Origin: Octopus vulgaris
Taxonomy: Eukaryota
Assembly: GCA_951406725.2 (NCBI GenBank)
Contig: OX597818.1
Coordinates: 14,570,001-14,634,000 of the forward strand
Direction: 5' to 3'
Length of the DNA stretch: 64,000 nt
Shown in pieces: positions 1-14,743 of this stretch (the stretch's first letter is position 1; each line of letters starts with the position of its first letter). A model generated the notes under the pieces. The model made no database searches. It worked only from the letters and a program-made list of their open reading frames with translations, and was not told where the DNA came from. Both the position numbers and the translations under genes were made by a program.

Positions 1-171
1 GTCTTTCTCATTAGCCGTTCAGTAAATTTAGCATGCCATTTACAGGCAGAAGTAATATTAGTAAATCAAGACTTCATGTTATATCATATGTGGTAAAATT
101 ATATATGTCTACGTTGTACCTACACATGTCACTGGTCATTTTGAGTTAATTTTCTTAACTATACTTTATGC

Positions 172-203
172 AATATATGTGTGTGTTTGTGAGTGTATGT
201 ATG

Positions 204-272
<69 letters not shown>

Positions 273-851
273 GCATAAATACATATATATATACATATAC
301 GCACGAATATGGATATATATACATAAATACATACATATATATATACATATATCTATAGACACATATACAAGTGTTTTGTATATGTGTGTGCGTGTATGCA
401 TATATATACAAACAAATACATAAAATACATATATATAATATAATGTGTGTATATATGTATATACGTATATATATATATACATATATATACATATATATAT
501 ATATATGTATATTCATATATATACATATATATGCTTACATATATATATATATACATATATATGCTTACATATATATATATACACATATATATATATATGT
601 ATATATATACATATATATACATATATACATATATATATACATATATATATACATATAAGATACATATATACATATATATATACATATATATATACATATA
701 GTATATATATACATATATATACATATATACATATATATATACATATAAGTATATATATTACATATATATATATACACATATATATATATATATGTATATA
801 TATACATATATATACATATATACATATATATATACATATATATACATATAA

Positions 852-895
<44 letters not shown>
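172..895. repeat. Compound (TA)n/(TACA)n microsatellite
   Basis: Directly visible dinucleotide and tetranucleotide tandem arrays. Confidence 0.97.
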
Positions 896-1370
896 CATAT
901 ATTTGTAACCAGTCAAATAATCCGAAAGTTACTCTTCGGTCTCATCACTTTATTTGGTATTCCTTTCTAGCTAGCAGTGTTGTTTTTATCTCTCAGCGTT
1001 TGAAGTTATTTAGAAATGATCACATCAAATGATATTTTTATATATTTATAACATTATTATATTTGTAGAATGATATTATTTAATTTATATATTTTTTTAA
1101 GTATAACCAATAAAAATTGATGTTCTTCTATAAACACGCATATCAAGTTACGCATAACCGGCAGTGTAAATCAATAATACATAGGTTCACTTAATAAAAG
1201 ATCGCATAGACGATCTTGTGCTACAGTACTGAACACGTATAACAGATACAGAAATAAGAATTTCACATATTCTATATGACTATGGCATATTCATACATGA
1301 AATATGTGTACATTATATACAAACTTTTATAAATACATATATATATATATATATTTACGCACACACACAC

Positions 1371-1416
<46 letters not shown>

Positions 1417-1435
1417 CCTAAATATATATATTTAC

Positions 1436-1513
<78 letters not shown>

Positions 1514-1765
1514 TATATCATATCGTCTATATATACATACGTAGATATATGAACAAATAAACATATGTTCTTGTATGAATTATATAAGTGCTTGCATGTG
1601 TGCGTGTGTGTGTATACACACGATTTTACATTTAGAATTTCTCACAAAATGTAAAAGAGTCGATTTCTAGCTGAGAAACAAAAGATTTTCATTGGAATTT
1701 AGACAAGAAACATGCGGTCTTTTATTTATGCATATGTATATATATGCGTATGTGTAAATATGTAA

Positions 1766-1842
<77 letters not shown>

Positions 1843-1907
1843 CATACATATATATACATATATGTGTGTATATAGAGTGTTAGGTGTGATGTACAGAAAT
1901 TGAATAT

Positions 1908-4790
1908 TGAGAAAAAAGTCGTCAGAATTTTGGAAAAATATCCTTTTATTTCATTATTTTTAGCTCTTTCGTTCATTTCTCGAACTTGTCAAATAAAATT
2001 TTGTGAATGTACAAATCCATTATGCAAACGAAACCACAGCAACAAAAAATACGAGGAGATATACTCCTAATACCTTTGTGCCCTTTAATACCCAGTTATG
2101 TACGGGATGGCATAGATTTCATCCAACGTATCCCTCCCTCTGCACACAAGGTACTATACTCACAAGTTTTTATGTCAACAATCTCTTTACTAATATACCT
2201 CACACTTTAGGCCTAGAAGTAATCAAACACTGTGTAGAGAAACATAGAGAATGGATAAATGAACGCTTCAAGACTGATATCATCACCAACGCCACACGCC
2301 TAGTATTAGACAGATAAAGGACACGGCTATGGGTACGCGTTTTGCGTCCTCATATGCATTTTGGGGCAAATCGAATGAAGATCTAAGTATATTTAACAAT
2401 ATACTGAACGCACTTCACGTATCAATCAAATTCACGACGGAATCCAGTTGCAATGAGCCACTATTCCTGAATATCCACATAAAAATACAGAGTTCCACAG
2501 TCACAACAGACATATTTTACAAAAAACTGACATACAACAATTTTTATATTTCTACTCTTGCTATCCATCACACAGCAAAAGAAACATCCCATTCAGCATG
2601 GCAAGACGCATCTGTGCTATACTGACGGACTCCAAAATACGTGAAATCCGACTCAACGAACTCAAAGGCTCCCTCACAATGCAGAAACGCATAGGATTAA
2701 TTAATGAAGGAATTAAAAAGGTGATGAAACTGAACATCACCCAACTACAGACACCTAAGGGAAAAGTTAATGAAAACACGATTCCGTTCGTTAACACACA
2801 CAGTCCTGGAATAAACAACATCTTTCACGCCATAAAATCGAACTTTCCTATACTCCTACAATGCCTCAAAATGAAAAATCTGCTTGAAAATAAACACCTT
2901 ACAGAATAGCAGACGCCAACCAAAAGATCTTTAAAAAAATACTTCACAAGGGTAAAATTCAAATCAAAAAATTAATCAGAATTCTTAGCAAAAGAATGTG
3001 GAGATAGATGTGGAACATGCAACAACATCAACAACTTCAAATACTTGGAAAGTGGTTCCCACATAAAATTCAACAGCGGATCCCTTTTCAGAATAAATGC
3101 AGGTATGAACTTCAAAACGCAAAATCTCATATACTGTACTAGCATTAAAGACCCGTCGTTGCCGGGTCATAGAGCTAGTGCATATATATATGTGTATATA
3201 TATGTGTACATATTACATGTACATCTACATATATATATACATCTACACATAAAATACAAAATACAAAGTTATATCTTGATATCGCTAGTGATAACAGACA
3301 ATAGTCTTTTCTTTAATTTATTTTTTTATTATCCATCTGGACTATTCCGTTTCTGCACGCTAATTTTATTTTTAATTTATTCCCATCCATGTGAAACCAC
3401 TTATTCAAGTTCAAATCATTGATGCAATTTTATACCAATTGCTATTTTTATTTATGTTATGTTACGATTATATTATACTTTAGTTTGATTTTAATTATTA
3501 CTTACTACATATAATTCAATTGTTATTATTATTTTTATTGTTAAAGTGAAAGTATCTGACATAAAATAGAGAAACGTTTTTGTTTCACTTTTAACACGTA
3601 ATACTGAAATAGTGGAGAAGATATGATATTGCTATGGGCTCGCTCTAGGCAAGATGTTGAAATGAATTTTTTTTTGCCCATGAAACTACATGGACCCTAA
3701 GTAAGGCATGTATAAAATTTGAATGGAATTGGTTGTGTAGTTCTCAAATTTTAGGGAATCGTAGAAGAGAAGATATGATATTGCTGTGGGCTCGCCTTAG
3801 GCAAAAAGTTCAAAATTCTTTTGCCGATGACACTCCCCGGACCCTAAGTAAGGCATGTGTAAAATTTGAATGAAATTGGTTATGTAGTTCTCAGGTTTTA
3901 GGGAAACACACAGACAGACAGACAGACACACATTCTCAGTTTTATATATATATATAAAGATTACCTGCCCAAACTGCAAAGAAAATCACATTGGCGAAAC
4001 AAATAATTCCCTCTGCCAACGTGCAAGGATCCACAGGCAACAAATCCGACAAGAGCACTTAAGCAAGATTTCATTAAGTAAGCATCTGGAAATATGCAAC
4101 GACGGAAAATTCAAAATTTTTCCCTTTTATAAATATGCACGAGACGATCTGTAATACAGAAAAGCAATAGAACTACATTTCATCAAAAAATTCTCTCCAA
4201 AGTTGAATGTTTGGAATGGGAGACAGTACATTTTGTATTCTAAATATAACTCAACGAGAAGAAAAAATAAAGAAGAGGGGAAAAAGAGGAAAGGAGAAGA
4301 GAGAAAAAAGACTTCCAGTGATGACACCGCACCTTTTTTTTTTTTTTTGAAGAGGTCATTATCCTTAAACCCATTCCAATACAATGGTTAATGACTAAAT
4401 AAATAAATGGTGAATAGGAAGGGGGATACACCTTCTCTCTCTCTCTCTCACTCTCTCTATCTCCCTCTACCTATGTCACTATCTGTCTGACTATCTATCT
4501 ATCCACATATCTATCTATCTAGCTAGCTATCTATTTATCTAACTATCAGCCTATCTACCTACATATATTTCTATATATCTATCTCCATTATCATGGAACC
4601 TCACCCCCACCAAAACAAACAATGCTCTCTTCTTCCAAACAAAACCCAAAAAAACATGTTTTATATAAATGAACAAGTTGTTTGTACATTCACAAAATTT
4701 TATTTGACAAGTTCTAGAAAGGATCGAAAGCGCTAAATAATAATGAAGAAATAGAAAGACTTTTTTCTAAAATTTTGACGACTTTTCTCA
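1908..4790 (+). mobile_element. Penelope-like retroelement (decayed RT + GIY-YIG) with inverted terminal segment
   Basis: RT fragments LTSFYVNNLFTNIPH, GTAMGTRFASSYA and IKFTTES. GIY-YIG NLIYC|ITCPNCKENHIGET...ELHFIKKFSPKLN. 1908-2015 is the reverse complement of 4681-4790. Confidence 0.9.
3139..3960 (-). mobile_element. Non-autonomous Helitron inserted in the Penelope GIY-YIG
   Basis: Minus strand starts TC and ends with hairpin gacccggcaacgacgggtc then CTAG. A|T insertion site. Removal restores tac tgt att acc tgc (YCITC). Internal ~155 bp tandem duplication at 3615-3905. Confidence 0.88.
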
Positions 4791-4833
4791 ACACACACGC
4801 ACACACATATACATACATACATACATACATACA

Positions 4834-4865
<32 letters not shown>

Positions 4866-4890
4866 CATACAGAATCATATATATATATAA

Positions 4891-5175
4891 TCAGGTCATC
4901 CCATAAGTTCTGTCCGATTTTACCTTTTTTAAAATTGAATGAAAGTTAATTGGATTTTCGAATATCTAATGGAATTTAAAATTATTTTTATGCATTTGTG
5001 TACATTTAAACTAATTAGATATTATTTTACAGAATAATAGAATTAAAATTTCTCTCATTAATACCCTTTCTAACATGGAAGAATCCAAAGTGCATTTAAG
5101 GTACATAATGCTTTATGAGTACAAAAAAGGAAACTCTGCAGCCGAAGCGACTCGAAACATACACTCAGAGTATGA
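4891..5175 (+). mobile_element. mariner transposon 5' fragment
   Basis: TIR-like start tcaggtcatcccataagttctgtccg, then MEESKVHLRYIMLYEYKKGNSAAEATRNIHSEY (mariner N-terminal HTH). Confidence 0.8.
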
Positions 5176-5209
5176 GTACAAAAATATAAATATGCATATA
5201 TATATATAA

Positions 5210-5253
<44 letters not shown>

Positions 5254-5255
<2 letters not shown>

Positions 5256-5790
5256 GAAGAAGATAGCCTCTTTGCAGCATATAAGCTACTGGGAAAGACT
5301 CAAGAGATTAAGACTCTATTCCTTAGAGCGTAGGCGAGAAAGATATGCCATAATATACATCTGGAAGATCATAGAAGGACTTGTCCCAAACTTTGGCATC
5401 GAGAGTTACACAAATACTAGAACTGGGCGCCACTGCATAGTGCCAAGGACTCCAAATTTGCCATCAAGATGTAGGACAAGATACTGTGATAGCCTGGGCT
5501 TCAGAGGCCCACAGCTCTTCCATATCCTCCCGAAGAACCTGAGAGACCTGCATGGGGTGGACGCAGATGTCTTTAAAATAAAACTGGATCTCTTCCTGTC
5601 AGGTGTCCCAGATTAACCAACTTCACGGCAGGAGGTGCAGATGAGGGCAGCTGCATCGAACTCTCTCATGCACCAAATGGCAATTGCTAAAAACATTCGT
5701 GAAGTAAAATCATGTAGCAACACCAAATGGCGGTGCCCCAGCATAGCCACAGCTCGTGAGCTGAAACTAGATAAAATAAATAAGATAAAA
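5254..5790 (+). mobile_element. CR1/L2-type LINE 3' fragment
   Basis: SYWERLKRLRLYSLERRRERYAIIYIWKI...GPQLF..LP...FKIKLDLFL, followed by 3' UTR and A-rich tail. Confidence 0.9.
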
Positions 5791-5864
<74 letters not shown>

Positions 5865-5877
5865 GCACACAAAAGTT

Positions 5878-5985
5878 CTATAATTATAAGCATAATTATA
5901 ACTAGGGTTCAGCAAAATTGCTTCACCACGTACCGAAATTTAGAAATAGCAGTTAAATACTATTCCACTACCATAAGATATGATT
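5878..5985 (+). repeat. Fragment of the hairpin-arm family seen at 51946-52080
   Basis: ctagggttcagcaaaattgcttcaccacgtaccgaaatttagaaatagcag matches ~51975-52030. Confidence 0.7.
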
Positions 5986-6152
5986 CGCACGCGCAAGCAC
6001 ATGCAAACTCGCACACACGTACTCGCATATATTCTTTATATGCTGCCATTTCTTTTGTGCGGAAAGCATTGCAATCATCAAGCGTTCCACTTCAAAATGC
6101 TGGTAGCTTACGTTGGTAGCAATGTAAATATATACGTGTGTGTGCTTGTGTT

Positions 6153-6196
<44 letters not shown>

Positions 6197-6301
6197 AGTG
6201 TGTGTGTATTATCTATTATGTATGTATATGGGTGTGTAGATATATATATATATACATACACACACACACACATATATATATACACACACACACACACACG
6301 C

Positions 6302-6333
<32 letters not shown>

Positions 6334-7406
6334 GTATATATATACATATGTACATTGTGTTTTGTGTCAGTTGTTCTTGTATAATTTTATTCTTTTTGTT
6401 TTGGGGTAGAAGCCACACAAATAGTACTTCTTCAATTTTCAGAGCTTGAACAGGCTAGCATTTTATATTTTTTCAGTCTCTTACTGCATCAAATTATCTT
6501 TGCTATATAACTCTTGCCACTCGAATATATTTTATCTCACAATGTCTCCGACGTTTTGTTCAAGTTGTTTCTTTATAGGCTTCCCAGTAATATATTTTCT
6601 TGTGTGTCTCGTTTGAGAATTGGGAATTGTCGCTGCTAAAATGTTATATAAACATTTCTGATAATTAACGAAATGTATTCTTCAAAAGACTTTTCCATTG
6701 TTTTTTAGTCGTAACAGTTTGTCTTTTTGGGGTTTTTGTTTGGTGATTTTTTTTTGTCTTTCTCAGAAAGAAATTTATATAAATCGAAAATTTCATTTAA
6801 ATAAAGTTATACGATGCTTAATCCAACTACTTATTTGATTTGATTTGCGAGGATTTGATTTGATTGAGTTGCTTTTTTTTTATGAAGTCATTTTAATTGT
6901 TATTTGTCATTCAATTAAGGCTACAGCTTTATTGGAGATTTGTGTCGTAAATTCAATTTACAATACGCTATCAATAATTTTAAAAATTCATTAGGCTGCG
7001 TCTCTCATTAGTCCACTCATACATTAACTGATTGCAGAAGATTACCAAGTAATCATTCTATTTATTCTTTAGACGGACAGGACTGAGCTGTACGCATACG
7101 CCTCATTCATTTGTTTAGGAAATCTAACATTAAGATATAAAAACGATTGTGTGTCGTCGTACATTTATGTGGAGTCCAGTTCATCGCAGTGGTGAGGTAT
7201 TTAGTAAGGCAGTAACTTCGTTGGAATTTCTTCTGTCGTTGCAAATGTTGGTAGAGTAATTTAAAACAAATACTATATTTAGGATATAGCGATATATATT
7301 TACGTCACGGATACATGTAAATATGTTTTGCATCTTTTATTTTCTGAATATTGCATGATTAGTAGCTAAAGAACCACTTGCATCTATTAATTGAGAGACT
7401 TTTATA

Positions 7407-9822
7407 CCAGGACTAGCAGTATCGCCCGGCGTTGCTCGGGTTTGTAAGGGAAATAACTATTTAAGCATTTTTAGAGTTACTTCCCTTATAGATGCCAATT
7501 CGGGCTTTCTTAGCCGTTTCTGTTTTGGTGTCTTCAAGCCATGAAGTCGTTGTTCTAAAAGAATGCTGGTCTCCTTGACAACGCATTACGACGTTGATTT
7601 CCTTACACTCCCTTCCCCACAGCTTCACGAGGGAGGGAAGAAGGGGGAGAAGCAAACAGGTGCAGGTGTGACCATGGACGCCAACTCCGCCGCCATCGAC
7701 ACACGAAAAATTATGCATTAAAATGGAATAAAAAATGATGTTAAATTATTTTTAAAATCGTAGACTCATCGTAGACGCCCGCTAATACTCAGACGGGCTC
7801 GATATGAATCACGACTATAAGATACCCGAATTTGGTTAAACTGCACCGCAAAATGTGGGAGTAGTTAGGAATCTAAATCGAAGGGGACAGACACTCACAC
7901 AACTACAGTTTTATATATATAGATATTTCGTATCAGTCCTCAGTTTATTCCTATAACTTAACAGCATAAGTCGCTGTTAAAACAATTATATAAACATTAT
8001 CTTTTATCATATTCTCTCAATACATTCATTAGGTGTTCCTCAAATAGAGTTGTATTTAATTTTCTTTCAACTGTCCTAGCAAAGTTTGGGAACGAAAACG
8101 GTAATATAAGGTACATGAAACACATTATAACACTTTGATATCACGGCGAAAATATTCGTCTGTTTTAATTGCATCAGTAAATTCATAATTGATGCGCTGT
8201 TATGACTGACTGTGACAGATAGAAAACAAGTTTCTTTGTTATATGCGAATTTTATATCACTAGGTTTTCAGTTCACTGATCTTAATAGATATATTTTAAT
8301 CATTACCATACCATCAATTGACTTTTCTTTCATCACGTTTATTTTTGTTTGTCTTCTGATATCCAGCTATAACTTTTTCCAGACTACTCTAATATATTTT
8401 CCCCAACCGCATAAACTTTTTGGCGTTGTTTCCATTCGTTTTGATCCTCTCAAGTTAAGTACAAAAGTGTGTACGTTCCTACCAGGTCTAGTGTTCTGGG
8501 AGCGGTTTTCTATGCGCGTTCATGAATGGTATATGACCCAGCTGCTGCTTCTCGCATAATTGCATAATACGACTGCCGCTATTTATAGTTGTCACGACAG
8601 ATCTACAAATGCATTAAGAAAAGGCTTGTCCTCTTCGAGCAATGTTGATCGCTGCCTGTACCCCTTCTTTTGTTACGGAGCCAAGTCATTGTGCTCTTAA
8701 GTTTATTTATCGCCAATCTTTTTCTCAGCAATTGCATAGGAGCAATGCAATGCGGAAAATCAATTCATCTTGATTCGAATTCCACCGTGCAATTATTCAA
8801 TGTGAAACGCCAGAATTTATGATAGTTTTTCCTTTGCCATTTCATTGCAAAATGTAGCAAGTCCTGAAGTTAGACTATTTCTTTGTCAAAAATAACAGCG
8901 GTTATATAGCAAAACTGGCTGCCATTGCTTCGATTTATTATTATCTGACTAACTAAGTTCTCAGCATCAGACTACACTAAGTAATTTATTTTTATTGCAG
9001 ACACATTTCCGAGTAATATAGATATAGAGTTTCTTTTTCATGTGTATTATATCAAATAATAACGCAGGTACGCTAATTATAATTTTACATTTTAATATAT
9101 TATGATACGTATGGCGTATCTAACTAAATAAAATTAATGCTAATATTCAAAATAAATATATTCATTAAATTAAATTTTGTACTTTTGCGATAAATGTATG
9201 TTATGAATAACAATAGCACTGATTAACTATTAATTAGTTAAAGATGTAACATATTGATTGATTCTATTTAAGATAGCGTGAGATGTTTAATTTGACCAAT
9301 GCCCCAACAACGTGCATTACTAATAACAAATGATGCCTTCAATAAAAATAATTAGAAGTTGTAACTGCAACTTAATTAGTTACGCCTTTCCGTATCGAAA
9401 CGATTCTGAATAATTCTACGTAAAATAAAGATTACACTACGCAGAAAATATAGACTACATAAACGTCAAAATGTTGTAAGAAATTCCGATATCGCATATA
9501 ACAAAGAAAATTGTTTTCTATCTGTCACAGTCAGTCATAACAGCGCATCAATTATGAATTTACTGATGTAATTAAAACAGACGAATATTTTCGCCGTGAT
9601 ATCAAAGTGTTATAATGTGTTTCATGTACCTTATATTACCGTTTTCGTTCCCAAACTTTTGTAGGACAGTTGAAAGAAAATTAAATACAACTCTATTTGA
9701 GGAACACCTAATGAATGTAATGAGAGAATATGATAAAAGATAATGTTTATATAATTGTTTTAACAGCGACTTATGCTGTTAAGTTATAGGAATAAACTGA
9801 GGGCTGATACGAAATATCCTGG
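7407..9822. mobile_element. Non-autonomous TIR DNA transposon with ~330 bp TIRs
   Basis: 7407-7412 plus 7924-8248 is a near-perfect reverse complement of 9492-9822. Flanked by TA. Confidence 0.85.
7413..7923 (-). mobile_element. Non-autonomous Helitron inserted in the left TIR
   Basis: 5' TC, 3' hairpin cccgagcaacgccggg plus CTAG on the minus strand. The A|T site is confirmed by the uninterrupted right TIR (ccagga|tatttcg). Confidence 0.88.
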
Positions 9823-11099
9823 TATAAAATGCCGGAGCAATAATGATTGTTGCATTTATCATCAAATAATTATGTACGCTAAAAAGTATAGTTACGAAGT
9901 TTTCTACATTTATGCAGAGACCCTTTTGACAGTTAATAGATACATAAAAGGAAGGAGCTAACAGAGAAGTTTGTGGGTATATTCTATGATATAATACTAC
10001 ATGTTCAATCCTGTTTAACCTGAAGTCAATGTATCAAGGTTTGCATCAGTCCTTTACGATCCATCCAAATACTTGAAGAGCGAAAAACAACAGATCCAGA
10101 TGTACAAAGTAAATAACATCACATATGAGTGTGTTTATGCGTGTGTGTGTGTGTGTGTGTGTGTGTGCTTACATAAAATGAATGTGTATATATTTCGAGA
10201 TCAAAAGTAAATGATGATTTATTGAAATAAAATATTTTCTTAACTGTATCATACCGTTTCGATTATATCGTTGTTTAGTTTCATGTAAATTCCAATCGAG
10301 AATAAACGTTCGACCCAATATCATATATTACTTCTTTTCCAGGTACAGTGTACTTCACCACACATACATAGAGTTAATGTCGAACTATTTTCTAATAAAA
10401 TCTATGAACTTATTTTTTTCTTTTACACTGAAATAGTTTTAATTGTACATAAATATAAACACAAAGGAACTCTAAAAATTTGTCAAAACTTCAAGGTATT
10501 GTTAAGCTGGAAATTATCATTTTTTTAAAAATTGATTTCTACAATATTATATATAATAAAAAATTATTTTATTTAAATTAAATATAAAACGAACGGATGA
10601 TGGTAAAAGAAATTCATATAATAATTCTAAAAATATATTCATTCTAGTACAAATGATGTGAAGAATTTCAAACTAATAGAGTTTTGAATCGAGATGTTTA
10701 GGCTAGGGGCAAGGCGTATTTTGAGAAAAAAACAAATTTTCTCTTTATTTATGCGAAAAGTAAAACTAAAATGTAACTAAAAAAATATAATTAAAAAATA
10801 TGGTTTGGTATATCTCTTTAACGACAATTCGATACTAACTGATCATTTTTGTAAGTCATCATAAACAATTTTCTCACTATATGTTCATGTATGAATTCAC
10901 AATATTTGTAAGTACAAGTAACTTTAAACTGAGAAATACAGAATAAACTTTAAAAGTTATATTAGTTTTAGATTATTTCAATAAGAACAAAAGAAAAAAG
11001 CTTAAGATCAATTCAGTGAAATTGATTAGTATACTAACTGTATTTCTAAATAGATGAGATTTTTAATTTTAGTTAAGAAAATTTTATGACCTGGAAAGA

Positions 11100-11800
11100 C
11101 ACTTTGATCTGTAAGTTTTGCATTCTGTCAAGTAACATTATTCAGGATATCCTTTGGAGGAACCTCATTTCAGCCGCTTGTATACACGATCGTATTATTT
11201 CAGTCAATACCCAATATTTATAAGTATAGGTGAAGATAGACATGAAAACCAAACGGAAGAGATCGGGTTTCGTTTTTTCTTTTACCAATATCTCTTCTGG
11301 CGGTTGAATGCTGAAGCTGGCGCATTACCACGTCACCTACTGCAATTCTAGAATCCATTTCAGCTTCCCGCTTCCCAACACTCGTAAATACGGACCTGAG
11401 ATACTTAAACTTATTCACTTGTCTCAGTAATGTTCCACTAATATGCAGAGCGTATTGGAAAAACTTTCTTGAGAGGCCAATGCCTCAGTCTTCACAACAC
11501 TAATTCTCCGCATTGAGAGTTCACACCTCCGATACTATAGACGTGATTAGAATGTTGCAGAAAAGAATCGTATAATGGAATCATGAAGCCGAGCAAAGCA
11601 GCAGGAGAACGAGGATTAGACTAAGAACGACACATTTGGATAATATCCATAGACTCAGTTTTCATGCCTGAGAGTGCAACCAGAAAATCTAATGACGGTT
11701 GCTTCTGGTAAAACCCTAAGACGGAGGTTCCTGAGGGCTCTACTTCCAAGTCCCTTCCAGAAATCCTAGGCGGAGAAAGAAGGTGGGAGAATATCTTATG
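11100..11800. mobile_element. RTE-clade LINE fragment with inverted 5' part
   Basis: Minus 11100-11580 encodes KFKYLRSVFTSVGKREAEMDSRIA. Plus 11580-11800 encodes the C-terminal-like RTTHLDNIHRLS...QPENLMTVA. Confidence 0.7.
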
Positions 11801-12483
11801 AATTGTATCGTTATAAACGAAGGATGTAAATTTCAGTGACAACACAACAAAAGACTTACTGATAGATTTTTATTCAGAGGAACTGAGTGGATTGTAAGTT
11901 CTTACCAAACGTAATTTCTAATATTTAGAAAAGAAGAATTATTAAAACAGGAGGTTCGTGCACATAAAGAGTATCAAAAATACTTAGATAAATGTGATAC
12001 AAGTATTTAGTTTTCTTTGGCTTTTAATACGATGCATATATATATAGAAAGAGATTGAAATCACTCAAGCTATAATACTTAATAGCTATTAATTTATGCA
12101 ACAATCAACTTCTGTGTTAGAATAGATTACTATTTGTATGCATGAAAAGACAAGCAATATCATTGGAATGCAGAAATGAGATAATTCTTATTCATTGCGT
12201 ACGCATTTGCGATATGTATATGAGTATCTGTATGTATTCTATGTACGTTTATATGTATGAATATATGTATATAAATTCACACACACGCATATAAGTATGT
12301 ATATATGTGTGTGTGTGTATATATGTATATATACACATATATACATGCCCACATAATCTTATTTGCACTGTATACAGCAAGATTTGGAAAGATTTTTAGC
12401 ACATGTATTCGTAATATGTCTAGGCAAGTTCAGGATCAAAATATTCTGAGCGCTTTAGTGCGTGTCATAGAATAACTGCTTGC

Positions 12484-12561
<78 letters not shown>

Positions 12562-12841
12562 CGTGTGGGGGGGATGTCTAACGAAAGCTATCCACAAAGA
12601 GGATAACTTAAACGAGCTGGTCGTTTATATGTCGGGTGTCTGGAGGTATTCTGTGAAACAATATTGTAAAAACACTTTACATGCAAGAAATATTGTGGTT
12701 AAGAAGCTGACGGCGCAAATACATGGTAGTAAGCACGATTTCATAGAGCATTATATTAAGCAAGTATCTTCCACCAAAGCCTCGAACATGGTGTATATTG
12801 CACAGACACACAAACGCACAGACACACTCACACACACGCAC

Positions 12842-12904
<63 letters not shown>

Positions 12905-13309
12905 AGCAAGCAAACAAACAAGCAAAAATCATAATGACAACTTTTTGAGAATTTTTCAAATTATAATGAGATCTTATATAAGGTATTATTTGAGGTCGTT
13001 ATATATATACTGACAAGATACATTTTATTTACTGCGGTCATAGAATTAGGTAGAATTGACCTAGATTATTATACGATATAATTCGTTCTTTGGAAAGGTA
13101 CTAGCCACACCTTTAGGTAATTTTTTTTTTTTTACTCAAAAGACATTCGCCTCTGGAGCATAGGCATGAGGAAAAGAATCTTTTAAAAGCAATCTTGTTA
13201 AATTAACTTATTTAATAAAGTCTAATTTTGCACAAAATATCATCTCTTCAAACGTGGGTAAATAATTAATTCTGAATACTATAGCCAATGTTAATTATGA
13301 TTATATCGA

Positions 13310-13530
13310 TAATGATTTCAAATTTTGACACAAGACCAATAAGTTCGAGAGAGATGTATGTCGATTACATCGACCTCAGTGCTTATCTAGTACTTATTTT
13401 TTCATTCTCGGAAGGAAGAACCGTAAGGTGGACCTCGGCGGAATTTAAGCTCAGACCGTAAAGAAGGAAGAAATGCCGCTAATAATTTTGCCCGGCATGC
13501 TAACGATTCTGTGTGTTCGCCGCCTTAAGG
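13310..13530 (-). mobile_element. tRNA-derived SINE (family A)
   Basis: Reverse complement of head ggcggcgaac..cagaatcgttagc and body aaattccgccgaggtc. Confidence 0.8.
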
Positions 13531-14195
13531 CAAACAGCAATCCCAATGACAAAATAATATCTCTTTACACGAGATAGTTTTAATTAGCGATGTAGCATAT
13601 CAATGTATGGTTAGAAACCCTGCTACCTGTAAGAAATGTGTTGGTCTAACCGCAAATTGTTTTAAAATCAGTCACCATATGCTAATAACATTTTTTCGTT
13701 TTCAAACCCAAATAGAAAGACAACAGCCGCAATATCGGCAATGCAGAAACATTTTGTATAAGGTGGAATGGAAGATTTTGGTGGCAGCCATCTCATCTAA
13801 CCGAGAAAACGCTCCTGAATTTATGTTGATGAAACGCCATTGATCATTTTGCTAAAGACACGATTATGAAAAAGAATTCGAAATTTTAGAAACGTAATAC
13901 AAATACTATACTGTTATGGCAGATCGCTGTTATTTCCCTCCGTCTCTATGCAAAGTTGAGTGTCTTACTTTTACAAGTGATAGCTATGAACAGTTAGGTC
14001 TGTGATACTGCTGTTATACATCATGGTTTGTCTAAAACTGAATATATTGTCTGTTATAGGGATTAAATAGTGAGTAGCATGCATATGTTTCTTTTATATA
14101 TGTAGGTATATAAAGTATGTATTTGTACAGAAAAGTGTATATATATATATATATATATATATAAGAAAGTTGGTTTGTGAAAGCACGTAGTTGAA

Positions 14196-14605
14196 TATAT
14201 AGAAAATAGTAAAAAGTGAAAAACACAAACTAGACTAAACAAGGAAACATTCTTCATTGAAAAGTACAAGCCCAGACTTAACCATTCCAACATACTTATA
14301 CAGAGAAATTCACCCCAAAGGAAAGAAAAAAAATTTTAAGCGATTATCTCCCTTACACCGGAAGAAATCACTTATTACCTCCCCTTATTTAGAACTCTTT
14401 TCAACATAAACATAACGATAACTCTCCTCAACATAAACATAACGACGTAAGAAATTTGAAAAGCTAAAGGCGAAACCGGTCTTTCTTCTAAACTATGTCA
14501 TTGTAAGAAAAAAATTTATAATATTCTTCAGACATATTGACTTAAATATATATTCTTTAACCTTTTAAAACAAGCCTTCTGTAGTTTTTTCACTTTTTAC
14601 TATTT

Positions 14606-14612
<7 letters not shown>
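14196..14612 (+). mobile_element. Short Penelope 3' fragment with inverted terminus
   Basis: RLNKETFFIEKYKPRLN (end of GIY-YIG). 14196-14227 is inverted relative to 14580-14612. Degenerate hammerhead at 14449-14487. Confidence 0.7.
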
Positions 14613-14690
<78 letters not shown>

Positions 14691-14705
14691 ATAAAGTATA
14701 TAAAA

Positions 14706-14743
<38 letters not shown>

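Noticed and set aside
914-955. Hairpin caaataa..ccgaaag/cttcgg..ttatttg with GTGATGA on the minus strand
   Set aside because: Lacks the GAAA-stem III half of a hammerhead
159-1552. Many [12 protein letters not shown]/poly-I/poly-N ORFs here and throughout the window
   Set aside because: Stop-free translations of microsatellites, not genes
6420-6780. Possible Penelope remnant on the minus strand (QFPILKRD)
   Set aside because: One short motif only; too decayed to call
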